From the NCBI GenBank assembly GCA_963575745.1, contig CAUYUJ010000078.1, positions 1 to 64,000 of the forward strand: 64,000 nucleotides of DNA. Reading direction: 5' to 3'. The position numbers and the translations under genes were made by a program. The notes under the pieces are model-generated. The model did no database searches, had not been told where the DNA came from, and saw only the letters and a program-made list of their open reading frames with translations. Below are positions 24,850-37,213 of the stretch, one piece after another; position 1 is the first letter of the stretch; the number at the start of each line of letters is the position of its first letter. This stretch comes from Prorocentrum cordatum. Lineage: Eukaryota.

Positions 24850-26820
24850 TCCACGAGCTCCTCGACATCACGGATGAACATATCTACACAGTCGGGTCTG
24901 GAAGATCCACAAGAAGTAAGCCCTCATGGGCTTTCGCTGTCTTCGTCGAGGACAGCGCGTGCAACGCGGCTCTTTGGGGCTTCGAAGATGGCCCCGTGGA
25001 CCCTGACGTACCCAAGCAACATGTCTCTCTTGCTGCTGACCTCCTGGGGGCTCCACTGGCGATCGCGCGGCTCCTGGCGTCTGAGTTCGCCAGTCCTGGT
25101 CACGGGTACCGTCTGCATTGTGGCGGCGCAGAAGCTCTTCGTGCGGCTAAACGATAAGTGGCTGATCCCTCCGCATCTCCTTTGAGGATTGTCCTGACAG
25201 TCTAAAGTTGCTACTCACGCTGCCAGACGCATTTCTCGGAACAACGCGGCCGGGCAATCAGCGCAGCCTTGGAGCGAGCTCGCGGGCTGCTGTCGCTGCG
25301 TTGGTTTCGGTCGACATAAGCGACCCTCCTGCTCCAGACTCGTTATGCCGCAGTTGTCTTGCGTGGGGGACAGGGCGTCACTGGCTGCGGCTTCGCAAGC
25401 CCTGTAGGCGCGCGTGCGCAGCCTCCCCTGCCGCCGCGCGAGACCATGCCGTACTTTCAAGAGACAGCCTCACAGAAGGCGCCAGTTCTGTTTCCACGTG
25501 CTCGGCTTCTCTGCTAAAGACACGGCGCAGGAGAGCGCCCGTCAAGCGCACCTTGCATCCTCCCAGCAGCTCATGGCTGCAGCGGCTAGCGTCTTGTCCA
25601 CGGGCCCTCCAGATCCAGAATGAATAAGAATGCCAGACTGGCTGGGCGCTGCATGTCTGGGAAGATGAAACAATTAGGGGCGTCGTGTGATTCGCGCGAA
25701 GACTGGCGCCAAACGCCGATGTGCTTGCTCGCGTTGGACCAACGTGCAGGCTGAGGTGCTCCCAGGAGTTCGGCTGCAGCCCAAGCGTTGCTCAGCGCTC
25801 TCAGCCGTTGTCAGATTTCCTTTTCGCGGCGCTGCGTGCAGATTCTTCGGGATGCGACGAGCTGGTGGCGCAGGCTCCACGCGGCCAAAAGCTCGGAACA
25901 GTTCTACGCAGTTGGCAGCAAGAGATGCCAAGCGCCCCACAATTGCACAGGCCCCCTGGCATCGAGATAGCGGGACGCCAGTGCTCGCGCCTGTTCGGAG
26001 CCGTCGCGCCACGTTGTGCAAGTGGAGGCCGAATTTTAAAAAAGATTCTAGGGGGCGACTTCCACGGGTTCCTCAATGGCCTGGACCAATGGACCCCGCC
26101 TTCCTGGGCTCTGGCCAAGCTCCTGCGGCTGCTCGGTCCCATCCATGGTCTCGCGGGCTCTACCTTCGGCGGGCGCATGCATGGACTACCTGCTTCGACG
26201 CCATGGGAATGGCGTGTTTTTTTGGTTCTGACGGCGGCTTCTGATATGAATCTGGTTATTCCCACACTGGATCATCTCATGGTGGCTGCACCCATCCCTG
26301 TGGCCCTTGCGAAGGGCCGGCCGCCCCTCCTCTCGCGGCGCGCAACGGCCCGCCGGCCCTCTTCGAAGCCTCCCCCGCTCAGCACCACCGAGAGAATCCT
26401 TCCCAGCCCGCATTGCAGACCGAGGGAGACTGCCTCGGCAATCCTCAGTTTCCAAGAAAATTGTCGAGCGCATGGACGTTCGCTCTCGGCAGCTGCGCAG
26501 CTGCGAGGAGCGGGGCGCGCGCGTTCGAACCTGCAGCCACCGTGAGTCTTTCGCTGTTTGGCAGAACCTCTCAGAAGATGTCGGCAGTGACACTGGTCTG
26601 GACAATGACACATGCCCGTTCGCGCTCCGCAGACTGTTGTTTCCAGAGATGGGGAACCAGACGCGCGCGGCTCACACGGCAGCCGGCAGCCGCGCCCTGC
26701 CCTCATCGAGCTCAGCCGTTACTCGGAGCAGCGCCTCGCAACCAAAAACCACACCAGGTCCCGCTGGAAATTGCCAACTCGCCAGAAGTCCACATGAGGT
26801 TCTGCCGCCTTCGGAATAGG
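24850..26820 (+). pseudogene. Highly degraded non-LTR retrotransposon (LINE C), RNase H and APE part
   Basis: RNase H-like HIYT(V)GSG..SWAFAVF..LWGF..GPV..SLAA(D)LLGA at ~24880-25150; APE-like ILGGDF (26045) and LDHLMV (26267). Many stops and frameshifts. Confidence 0.55.
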
Positions 26821-27084
26821 CAGCCTGGCAATCCCACCAGCCCTTTGGGCGTGAGTGGTTTAGCGAGCTCTCTCTGTTCTCAACCCCCCTTCTTCCCCTT
26901 CGGGGAGGGGTTTACCCCTCCCCCTACCCCCTCCCCCTGGGCCTGGAGAGGGCGTCTCGCGGGTCGTTGGAAGGGTCTTTTTCGACTCCTGGGAGGGCTA
27001 AAATTCGACAACCCTCACGAGGATTCTGGCCCCGACGGGGGGGGGGGAGAAAAGTGCTCGCCCCATCTGTGATCGATCGCCCGA

Positions 27085-27400
27085 CAGATGGCCCCAAGAT
27101 TCCTCCCAGACCCCTCCCAAAGAGCCCCACGAGGCCCCAAGAGGCCTCCAAGAGGCCCCCAAGATGCCCCCAAGAGGCCCCCAAGAGGCCCCAAGAGGCT
27201 CCCCCCAGGCACCCAAGACACTCCTGGAAGCCCCTGGAGCCGCCAAGAGGCCCCCAAGACGCCCCAAACGGCCTCCAAGAGTCTCCCAAGAGGCCCGAAG
27301 AGGCTCCCCCAAGGCACCCCAGACGCTCCTAGAAGCCCCTGGGGCCGCCAAGAGGCCCCGAAGACGCCCCAATAGGCCTCCAAGAGGCTCCCAAAAGACA
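27085..27400 (+). repeat. GGCCCCAAGA-type minisatellite, related to 58560-59449 and 20510-20730
   Basis: Direct inspection. Confidence 0.8.
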
Positions 27401-27402
27401 TT

Positions 27403-28497
<1,095 letters not shown>

Positions 28498-29110
28498 CGA
28501 GGGGCCCGAACGACTCGCACCAGGACGAGGTGCCCGAACGCCTCACACCACGAGGAGCCCGAACGACTCACACCAGGACGAGGGCCCCGAACGACTCACA
28601 CCACGAAGAGCCCGAACGACTCACACCAGAAGGAGGGGCCCGAACGACTCACACCAGGACGAGGCGCCCGAACGACTCACACCACGAGGAGCCCGAACGA
28701 CTCACACCACGACGAGGGCCCCGAACGACTCACACCACGAGGAGCCCGAACGAGTCACACCAGGAGGAGGGGCCCGAACGACTCACACCAGGACGAGGGG
28801 CCCGAACAACTCACACCACGAGAAGCCCGAACGACTCACACCAGGACGAAGAGCCCGAACGACTCACACCACGAAGAGCACGAACGACTCACACCAGGAA
28901 GAAGGGCCCGAACGACTCACACCAGGACGAGAGGCCCGAACGACTCGAAGCACGAGAAGCCCGAACGGCTCACACCAGGACGAGGGGCCCGAACGACTCA
29001 CACCACGACGAGCCCGAACGACTCACACCAGGAAGAGGGGCCCGAAGGACTCACACAAGGACGATGGGGCCGAACGACTCACACCACGAGGGGCCCCAAC
29101 GACTCCCACC
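28498..29110. repeat. Tandem repeat of 25-31-nt units containing GCCCGAACGACTCACACCA (about 20 copies)
   Basis: Direct inspection; no unique spacers. Confidence 0.9.
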
Positions 29111-29111
29111 A

Positions 29112-29157
<46 letters not shown>

Positions 29158-30714
29158 TCGTCGTCGTCGTCGTCGACGTCGTCGTCGTCGTCGTCGTCGC
29201 GGTTGGGGTCGTCGTCGTTGCGGTCGATATCGTCGTCGTCGTCGGGTGCGTCGTCGTTGTTAGGATCATCGCTGTGGTCGTCGTCTCCGCTAAATCCCTC
29301 TTGCCTCCCACCGCTTTCTCTCCCTCCTCCTCCGCCTCGTCCTTCTCCCGCTCCCACCACAAGGAGGATGTACAAGGAGGCGGGAGGAAGGAGGAACAGG
29401 GGAGATATGCGGGGGGAAGCGGACACACGCCTGAAAAACACGACTGTCGGCATGCTTCGCAAGAGTTGCTGTTTTGAGATGGGCTGGTGGGGATACGCGA
29501 AGCGTAAAGAATTCTCGACGTCGACGGTCCTGGCACCTATGCTTCGGAGGAAATGTTCTTGATTCGCCCAGGGCTCCTGGTCGCGCTGCTTCCGTTGCCT
29601 GCTGGAATCCGGATGTCTGGGATCAGTTCAGACGCCAGATGGGTCGCCCTGGACGCCCATGCTTAAATCGATAATCGGCACGTCAATCCCGAAGCTAGGG
29701 CCCACCCAGCTTCCCTGGCCCAGCAGGTTACACCAGCTTGGCCCCGCCAGGACTTCAAGGAGGCGCTCGCCAAGCTCAAGGCTACGGCAGGTCCGTGTCG
29801 TGCCGACTTCGGCGTTGGTTTCTGACACCGCGGGGATCGTTCAACCTTGAACGATCGGCCGTCTCCGCAACGTCCAAATGTTCAACATCGAACGATTCTG
29901 GGTCGCCCGCGGCGTTCAAAGTTGAACGCCGCGGGCGGGGTCGCCGCCGGTCGACACGACGCGAACCTACCGTATGGGGGCTTGCTCGTGCCCCCCCCCC
30001 CAAAATAGCCCGGGCGTCTTCCTCTGCGGCGTAGACTGGATGGGCCACCGCTCCGCCCGTGCGTCGACGCGGCCGATCGACGGCTGCGCCAGCTCAACGG
30101 AGAAGAGGCCGCGCCAGTCATTCCCAAGTCCGACCTGTTGCGGCCCCTCCGATATCGCCTCAGTTTGAGCGGCCCGTTGCCCGAGGCATAAGACTATCCA
30201 CCGGTGGCGTTCCGTCCCCGGGCAGTTTGCATCGCGCGTTTCTCGCTGGCCCTCTCAACAACCCTGTGGTCCCACGGGCCTTAAAAATAATGCCTGGGCC
30301 TTTAAAATAATGCCAGGCCTTATTTGCACATTGAACATGCTGTTTCGCGCGCGCGCGCAAACACGCGCGCGCGCACGCGCGCGCTTTAACCATGCACGAA
30401 TCCGACGGATCGTGCGGGATTTGAATCGCGATGTTGCGCTGCCGCGCCGTGGTCAACAGAACAGTGTGATAATTACCTTAGAATGTTGCGGTTGGTGGTG
30501 GTTTGGCCGCGGCTCGGATCGGAAAGCCCCCCCCCCGCACACGCACACGCACACGCACACGCACACGCGCGCGCGCACACACACAGACACGCGCACACGC
30601 GCCACCACTACCACCACCACCACCACCACCACCCACGCACGCGCGCGCACGCACGCACGCACGCACACACACAACCACACACAACCACACAATCACACAG
30701 GTACACTTAAATGA

Positions 30715-30815
30715 GCAGCAACAAGAACAACGAGAACGGCGACAACAGCAACAATCACAATCACAACACCATCAACAACACCAACCACTACAACAACTAC
30801 AACAACAACCAAACC

Positions 30816-30870
<55 letters not shown>

Positions 30871-30980
30871 GCACCAGCACCAGCACCAGCACTAACAACA
30901 ACAACACCAACACCAACAACACCGCCAACAACAACCGCAGCAACAGCAGCAGCACCAACAATAGCAACAGCGGCAACAAC
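30715..30980. repeat. (CAA)n microsatellite inside the TIR element
   Basis: Direct inspection. Confidence 0.9.
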
Positions 30981-31423
30981 TATGTGGGCTCAGCACTGGG
31001 CTTGGCCAGGGATTAGAGTTTGCTCGCGGGGCCGAGTGCTTGCAGTTTATGGGGTTGGTGTAGGCAGCTTAGCTTGGCGAGAGCTCCAGGCCCTCCGCGG
31101 GCATCTGGCAGCCGCAGATGGCGCCACTGCGCCAATGCCTTACAGAAAAGGTTCAGATATCCCCTTTTGGGTCGGGTCGGATCGGTCGGACGGGGCCCTC
31201 TCTTAGTCGTGTGATCGTATTGTTCCTTGTCCTACACCCCCGTTTCCCTTCATTCGCTGGGTTCGCCGAGAGGGCTGCGCCCACGCGGCGGGATCGCCCC
31301 CCCAAGCCGCTCGGGCCACGAGTTCGGGGTTACCATGATCGTGCCCAGACGCTTGTGGGCACGACACAATAAACAAACAAGTGTGGGTTCACTATCATCA
31401 TTACCGTCATCGCCACCATCATC

Positions 31424-31451
31424 TTCGCAACCGTTTTGGCTCTGGCTTAAG
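31424..31451 (+). other. Spliced-leader relict upstream of ORF A
   Basis: TTCGCAACCGTTTTGGCTC matches SL at 15/19 (all mismatches transitions), followed by TGGCTTAAG; ATG at 31484. Confidence 0.7.
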
Positions 31452-31483
31452 ACGCCTCCACGGAGGCATTCATAGGTTCGCAC

Positions 31484-32779
31484 ATGTCAGACGGTGAGGA
31501 AGAAAAATCGAAAGATCGCACGCGATGGCGCGGCGAACTATCAGAGTTGGTAAGCTGTTTCCAAGAGAGTGCTGACACGCATGGTAAAAGTTTTGTTCGG
31601 TACCCTGTGGAGGAGAAGATCGAAAAGGCGAAAGTGGTGGGGGATAAACTCACGCAGCCTGCCATTGTAATGCTGGTGAAGGGCGCGCTGAAACTAGATC
31701 GGCGCCTGAATTTCAAAAGGACCGACGTCGAGAATGCTTCGAAGAAGCTGTTCGACACCAATCGCGAGAAGTGGCCCCTCAAGCCAGAAGCGAAAGACAA
31801 ATACACGAACGACATGGACCATCGGATTCGATCCATCTTCTTCGTGGTATCCAAGGCAATGAACCGTGACAAGCATCCGAAATGGCTCAAGAAGGTAGTC
31901 GGCGATTCCTTGGATGATGGCGCGGACGACGATCATCAAAGTGTAAGCGGTGCATCAGGAACCCGATCGGCAACCAGTATCCAGTATGCGCACGGCTGGC
32001 ACAACGAGCTCTTCAGGGGCATGCGCCACAAGGCCAGCGACGCCAGCAGTATGGACCCCGAGCTTGCCGCGCCGACATCGCGGCCACCTGACGGTGCAGA
32101 CCCCACCGACGACTACGAGGCTACGTGGCAGGATGGGACTCGCCACAAGATCAGCGGGATCGCCGACCAGATGGTCACCGAGAGGCTGGACAGCAGGAAG
32201 TCGTCACGCTCGGACGCCGTCGTCCTCTGGAGGGGCACCCACTTGGAGCTCAATCACGACTTGGTGCTGCAGCAGAAGATCGATAGGAAGTTGCTCCTGG
32301 CTTTGCTCGAGCAGAAGAAGAAGCAAATCCTGCAAGTCGTCGTGGACAACTTTGGGCCAGTACCGCCACTTAACTCGGATGGTAAGCCTCAGGCCATCAC
32401 GGACATGAACGATCCTACGCTCAAGAAAGCGATCGAGTTCATTGCGCCTTTCTGTGAGAAGTACGCCAAGGGCAGTATCACTCCGAAGGAGCTCGACGCC
32501 GAGAAAAAGATCAAGCTCGCGGAGGTGGCCCCAGGTGGTAAGAGGGCGGCGTCGAAGAAGCCTGCTGGTGCTCCGAAGAAGAAGCCAGCTATGGCGAAGC
32601 CCCCTGACGAACCCTCGGAAAAAGAGCAGAACCCAAACAACACTGATGACGGCGAGTCAGACCAAGAAGATTCGCAGCAGAGCGACGCCGGCCTACCAGC
32701 GTCGGGCTCATCCGCAGCAGCAGCTTATCCTTCACGCATCCAGAGCATTCTAGATCAGTTTCCAGCCTCGCGCAGCTAG
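31484..32779 (+). CDS. Intact intronless 431-aa protein of unknown function (accessory ORF A of the TIR element)
   Basis: Uninterrupted ORF, protein-like composition, K-rich then acidic tail, SL relict upstream. Confidence 0.75.
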   Translation: MSDGEEEKSKDRTRWRGELSELVSCFQESADTHGKSFVRYPVEEKIEKAKVVGDKLTQPAIVMLVKGALKLDRRLNFKRTDVENASKKLFDTNREKWPLKPEAKDKYTNDMDHRIRSIFFVVSKAMNRDKHPKWLKKVVGDSLDDGADDDHQSVSGASGTRSATSIQYAHGWHNELFRGMRHKASDASSMDPELAAPTSRPPDGADPTDDYEATWQDGTRHKISGIADQMVTERLDSRKSSRSDAVVLWRGTHLELNHDLVLQQKIDRKLLLALLEQKKKQILQVVVDNFGPVPPLNSDGKPQAITDMNDPTLKKAIEFIAPFCEKYAKGSITPKELDAEKKIKLAEVAPGGKRAASKKPAGAPKKKPAMAKPPDEPSEKEQNPNNTDDGESDQEDSQQSDAGLPASGSSAAAAYPSRIQSILDQFPASRS

Positions 32780-33525
32780 TAGACCAAGCCAGGCACGAAG
32801 CACGTGCAATCTGTGCGCCCCAAAAGATCAGCCAGAACGAGCGCCCCCAAAAAAGGTCCTCCTCCTCCTCCTCCTCCTCCTCCTCCTCCTCCTCCTCTCC
32901 CAACATGTTTCAACGTAGATAGAACATGTTGCGCATTCTCAGCAACCTCTTCCTCCTCTTCCTCCTCCTCCTACCCCCCGGGACCCGCCAAAGCGAGCAC
33001 CCCAACGATCAACCAAAACGAGCGACCCCAAAGATCAGCGAAAACGAACACCCTCAAAGATCTGCTGCTCCACGGGCACCTCGAAAACTCGAACCATCAT
33101 CCAACCGTCATCCAACCATCGAAACCATCGGGCACCTCCACGCCCACCTCCTTTTGCAGCTCCCTAGCGGGTTGGGGGAGGCTCGCAATGCCCATCCCGC
33201 TGATGAAGAAAGAGGGGAGAAGGGGAAGGGAGGAGGGGGATGGAGAGAAGGGAGGAGGGGAGAGGGAGGAGAGGGGAGGAGGGGGAGGGGGAGGGAGAGG
33301 AGGGAGGAGGCGAGAGGAGGGAAGAGTGGGAAGGAGAAGGGAGCTCGGGGACAACAATTTGGGCCACGCCCCCTCATCTTCCATGAGCGCGGGGCTCTCT
33401 GAACAGAAACTGCGAAACATCCAATCCCCGTTGCAGCTCAGTTTGTAACAAACTTCGATTCTCGATTATATGATGCGCGTGTGTCCTAGCAAAGGTGGGC
33501 AGCGCCCCCAGTCTCACCACCGCCA

Positions 33526-33547
33526 CCTGTAGCCATTTGGGCCCAAG
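33526..33547 (+). other. Spliced-leader relict upstream of ORF B
   Basis: CCTGTAGCCATTTGGGCCCAAG vs DCCGTAGCCATTTTGGCTCAAG, 18/21; ATG at 33584. Confidence 0.85.
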
Positions 33548-33583
33548 ACGGCATAGGCGTTTGCTTCACACGAAGTCCGACAC

Positions 33584-35226
33584 ATGTCGAGGCAGAGGGA
33601 CACGCCTCCTTCGCCGACGGAGACGGCTCGGTCTTCCCCAGCCCACTCGCCAGAGCCCAAGAAGCAGCGCTCAGGCGAGTTGGAACTTTCCCCGCGTGCA
33701 GCTCCGAGGCACCCTTCGCCGATACACATCTCAGACCGCAGTGGATCGCACCTTGAGGCCCCGACCGAGAAGCCTTTCAATGACGCGGGCGACGCCGAGC
33801 AGCAGCGCATTGTCGCCGCGACCTTGCCAGACCCCAATGCTGAGACAGTGCCTGCCACTGAGGAGGAGGAGGAGGTGATGCTCAATCTCTTCAAGGGCAA
33901 GCTGGAGTCCATGATCGGCGCCATCGAACACAACGACAGCGGTAGGCTCGCGAGAGCACTGGGCATCGAGACTGGAGAGATGAACGAGAAGAACTTGAAG
34001 GATCACGAACATACAATCAACACATTGTCGAACACATTGGGTCAACAGAAAGACGCGGCATTCCGTGCCGCAACAACTGTACCTCGCAGGGATCAGCAGC
34101 GACTCCAGGTGATTGACGAGGCGCTCGCCAACGGCAGGGTCGAGCCACGCTCATCATTGGGAAACTACTTCAGAACCGAGTTGAAGAAAAACCCGCAGGA
34201 GGCCAAGAAGTACGCGCCCCTGAAGCAGCCCGAGGCGGACGAGTATCGCAAATAGTGGGCTGAGCGGGAGAAAGGCAAGCTGCTGGAGAAGTATTCTCAC
34301 ACTCGTACGTGGGCTCGGGTCGACACTACACAGGGCGACTACCTGAATCTCGGGCAGCTCGTCATCGACCAGGGCGGGTGGGACGACCCAGAGGCCATCG
34401 TTGGGGTTCCCAAGCTGGTCAACCAGTGCGTGAGCATGGGCGATCCGTGGGTGGCGACGCATCCACAGACGCAAAGAGTAGTGTACCTGCGCTTGAAGTT
34501 CAAATACGTCGAGACGTTCACGAAGGCATGGACATCTTTCCGAGAGGAGGCCAGTGGCGAGGGGGCTGACAAGAAGGCCGTCTCGGGCGCAGCCGCGGCA
34601 GCTGGCGCTCCCAACAAGGGCAACAGCGACGGCAAGCAGGAGAAGCAGCCCGACAAGGGCGGAAGTGCAGGCATTGCAACGCCCATGGAGAAGAAGAGGA
34701 AGGGCGGCAAGACCTCCACCAAGGAGCTGCCCAAGAACCCGAAGGCCGAAGAAGCTGCCCAAGAACCTGATGCCTTCAAAACGCTGGTGATGCAGGCTGG
34801 TGTGAGAATCGTACATAACCCTTTTTCCCCCTCCCCTTCCTCCCACCACGTCCTCTTAACCCTCCTCATCCATAGGCTAACGCCCTCAAGGAGACCCTGG
34901 TCCAGATCACTTGGAAGGCGAACCGCATTCTTGGCATGATCAATTCTTCGCCGAAGTGGGCCTGGACGAACAATTATGCGAACAAGGAGATGCTGGAGAA
35001 CCTTCTTGCTCAGCTTGAGGCGTGCCAATAGAAATCCCTTTTCATCTTGGACTTCGTCTCGCAGGACAACACCAACAGAGTGATCAACCGTGTCGAGAGG
35101 GAGCTGGCCCAGGTGGAGATGAAGAAGCTGGTCGACCTCGAGCCCAAGATCACCGCCGTCAAGAAGCACATGGACAAGCTGCTCAAGAAGCACGAGATCG
35201 AGCTGGCAGATGCGGAGGACGAGTGA
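33584..35226 (+). pseudogene. Accessory ORF B of the TIR element: two premature TAGs, one 80-nt GC-AG intron
   Basis: Frame continues past the TAG at 34253 (WAERE..GDYLNLGQ..GGW..MGDPW); intron 34796-34875 (CAG/GC..TAG/GCT) joins KTLVMQ/ANALKE; second TAG at ~35029; TGA at 35224-35226. Confidence 0.7.
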
Positions 35227-36184
35227 GGCATGGTCGTGGTGCTGAGCTCTTTAGTGGTGCTGCCGTGGAGGCACAACGATGGATGGATGTGCCTGTCGGG
35301 TTGTCGGCAGCCCGCGTTTGGACACTCTTCTCGTGCTCGTGGTCGCAGCGCTTTAACCAAGAGGGGTAACCAACGCCACGATGAAAAAAAAGCCCGACTC
35401 GAAACCATGACGAATCCAGCCCGATGTCACGATAGCAATGGAAAAACAACAACATTTGAACTGGAACGACCAAATAAAACTATCGAAAAACATTGTTGAG
35501 GAAACTATTGAGCAAACTATTGAAATATCGATATTAGCTGTAAAAACACAGGGTATGACCACCCACACAAAAAAAATGAAGAAACTATTGAAACAATCGT
35601 TGAACTATTGAGGGGCTTATTCTAAGGCCGGTAGCCCTCCGTCGGTCAAGTCTCCGCAGTTTTCTTCGGAGTCAGCCACGTGGACAGCTTAGCGTTACTG
35701 TGGGGGCTGAGTTTAGTGCTCCGTTGTGTTTGTTTGCTGCTCTCGGTGGAGAGGGTGTTGAGAGAGAGGCAAGAACGCCTTCTCGAAGTCTTCAGGGGCG
35801 CTGCGCGGGCATATCGGGATTGCCCATTTTTGCAGACAATCACCTCCTCCCGCCCCTCCGCATTCTGCTCTCGCCCTCCTCCTGATGATCCCCCCCCGCC
35901 CCGCAAGTAAGCAAAAACAGAGGGGGAGTGGAAGGGGGGGACGAGGAGGGAGACGAGGAGGCGAGGTGGAGGAGGGGGAAGGTGGAGGAGGAGACGAAGG
36001 GAGAGGTGGAGGACGCAGCACTCACACGCCGCGTGCGATTATGAAGTGAGACAGGCCGGGGGGGGGATATCCACATCTTGTTCGGTGAATGCTCGTGCAG
36101 CTCGTCAGAAATACTCTAGGAACATCCTGGCCCCCTCTGTAGTCCAGCACGACCGGGGTAACGCTGTACACTGACAGCCCCAGT

Positions 36185-36815
36185 AGGAGGAGGAGGAGGA
36201 GGAGGAGGAGGAAAAGGAGGAGGAGGAGGAGGAGGAGGAATGGGAGGAGGAGAGAAGGAGGACGAAGATGGCGGCGGGGGAGAGAGGAGGAGGAGGAGGA
36301 GGAGGAGGAGGAGAGAGGAGGAGGAGGAGGAGCAGGAGCAGGGCAGGAGCAGGAGCAGCAGAACAGGAGGCGGAGGAGGCCAGAAACAGCGATGGAAAGT
36401 GAGACGCAATAAACCGACCCCTTTTGACTGAACGGGGTCGGTTTCTGCTCCTAGGAGAAAAAAGAGAGGAGGAGGAGGAGGAGGAGGAGGAGGAGGAGGA
36501 GGGAGGAGGAGGAGGAGAAGAGGAGGAGAGGAGAGGAGGAGGAGGAGGAGGAGCATGGCGATGGGGGACGACGGAGGAGGAGGAGGAGAGGAGGAAAAGG
36601 AGGAGGAGGACGTTGGCCAATCCAACCATCCTTATCGGCAAGGGCCGCCATGGGGGCGGATACCGCTCCGATGAGGGGGGGGGGGGCGGGGGGGAAGCTC
36701 AACGACACGTCTAGAAGTGTGGAGGAGGAAGAGGAGGAGAGGAGGAGGAGGAGGAGGAGGAGGGAGGAGAGGAGGAGGAGGAGGAGTAGGAGGAGGGGGA
36801 GGGGGAGGAGGAGGA
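36185..36815. repeat. (GGA)n-rich low-complexity tract
   Basis: Direct inspection. Confidence 0.85.
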
Positions 36816-37143
36816 CTGACTGAGAACCAGGAGAACAAGGGAGAGGCGATGACGGCGACAAGAGAGCAGCCAAGAGGCGGATCCAGCCGTGGCGACCAGA
36901 AGCGGATCCAGCCGTGGCTCTGCGGATCCAGCCGCGGCGACGATCCCGCCCCAGTGGAACACTCTGAGTCCTCATCCAGCCGTGGCGACGATCCCGCCCC
37001 AGAGAAACAAACACAAAAGCAACAAACGGCACGAAACAAAAACGACATACGGCACGAAACACCAACGAACAACGAAACGAACAACAAAACGAATGCCAAC
37101 ATCAAACTAAACAACGTTGTCCTCGGTCCTTGAAGACGTGCCG

Positions 37144-37165
37144 CATGTAACTATTTTGGCTCAAA
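37144..37165 (+). other. Spliced-leader relict upstream of the transposase
   Basis: CATGTAACTATTTTGGCTCAAA, 16/21 with a perfect ATTTTGGCTCAA core; ATG at 37214. Confidence 0.8.
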
Positions 37166-37213
37166 GCCCAGCTTGGTGCGGGCCTAGCTTAGCGATCGAG
37201 CTTGGCCTTCCCC

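Noticed and set aside
28498..29110. CRISPR-like appearance of regular ~28-nt repeats (also 57075-57590 and 7300-7865)
   Set aside because: No unique spacers, no cas genes, eukaryotic context.
34253..35031. TAG reassignment or readthrough in ORF B
   Set aside because: Neighbouring ORFs terminate at TAG and the element is otherwise decayed; point mutation is simpler.
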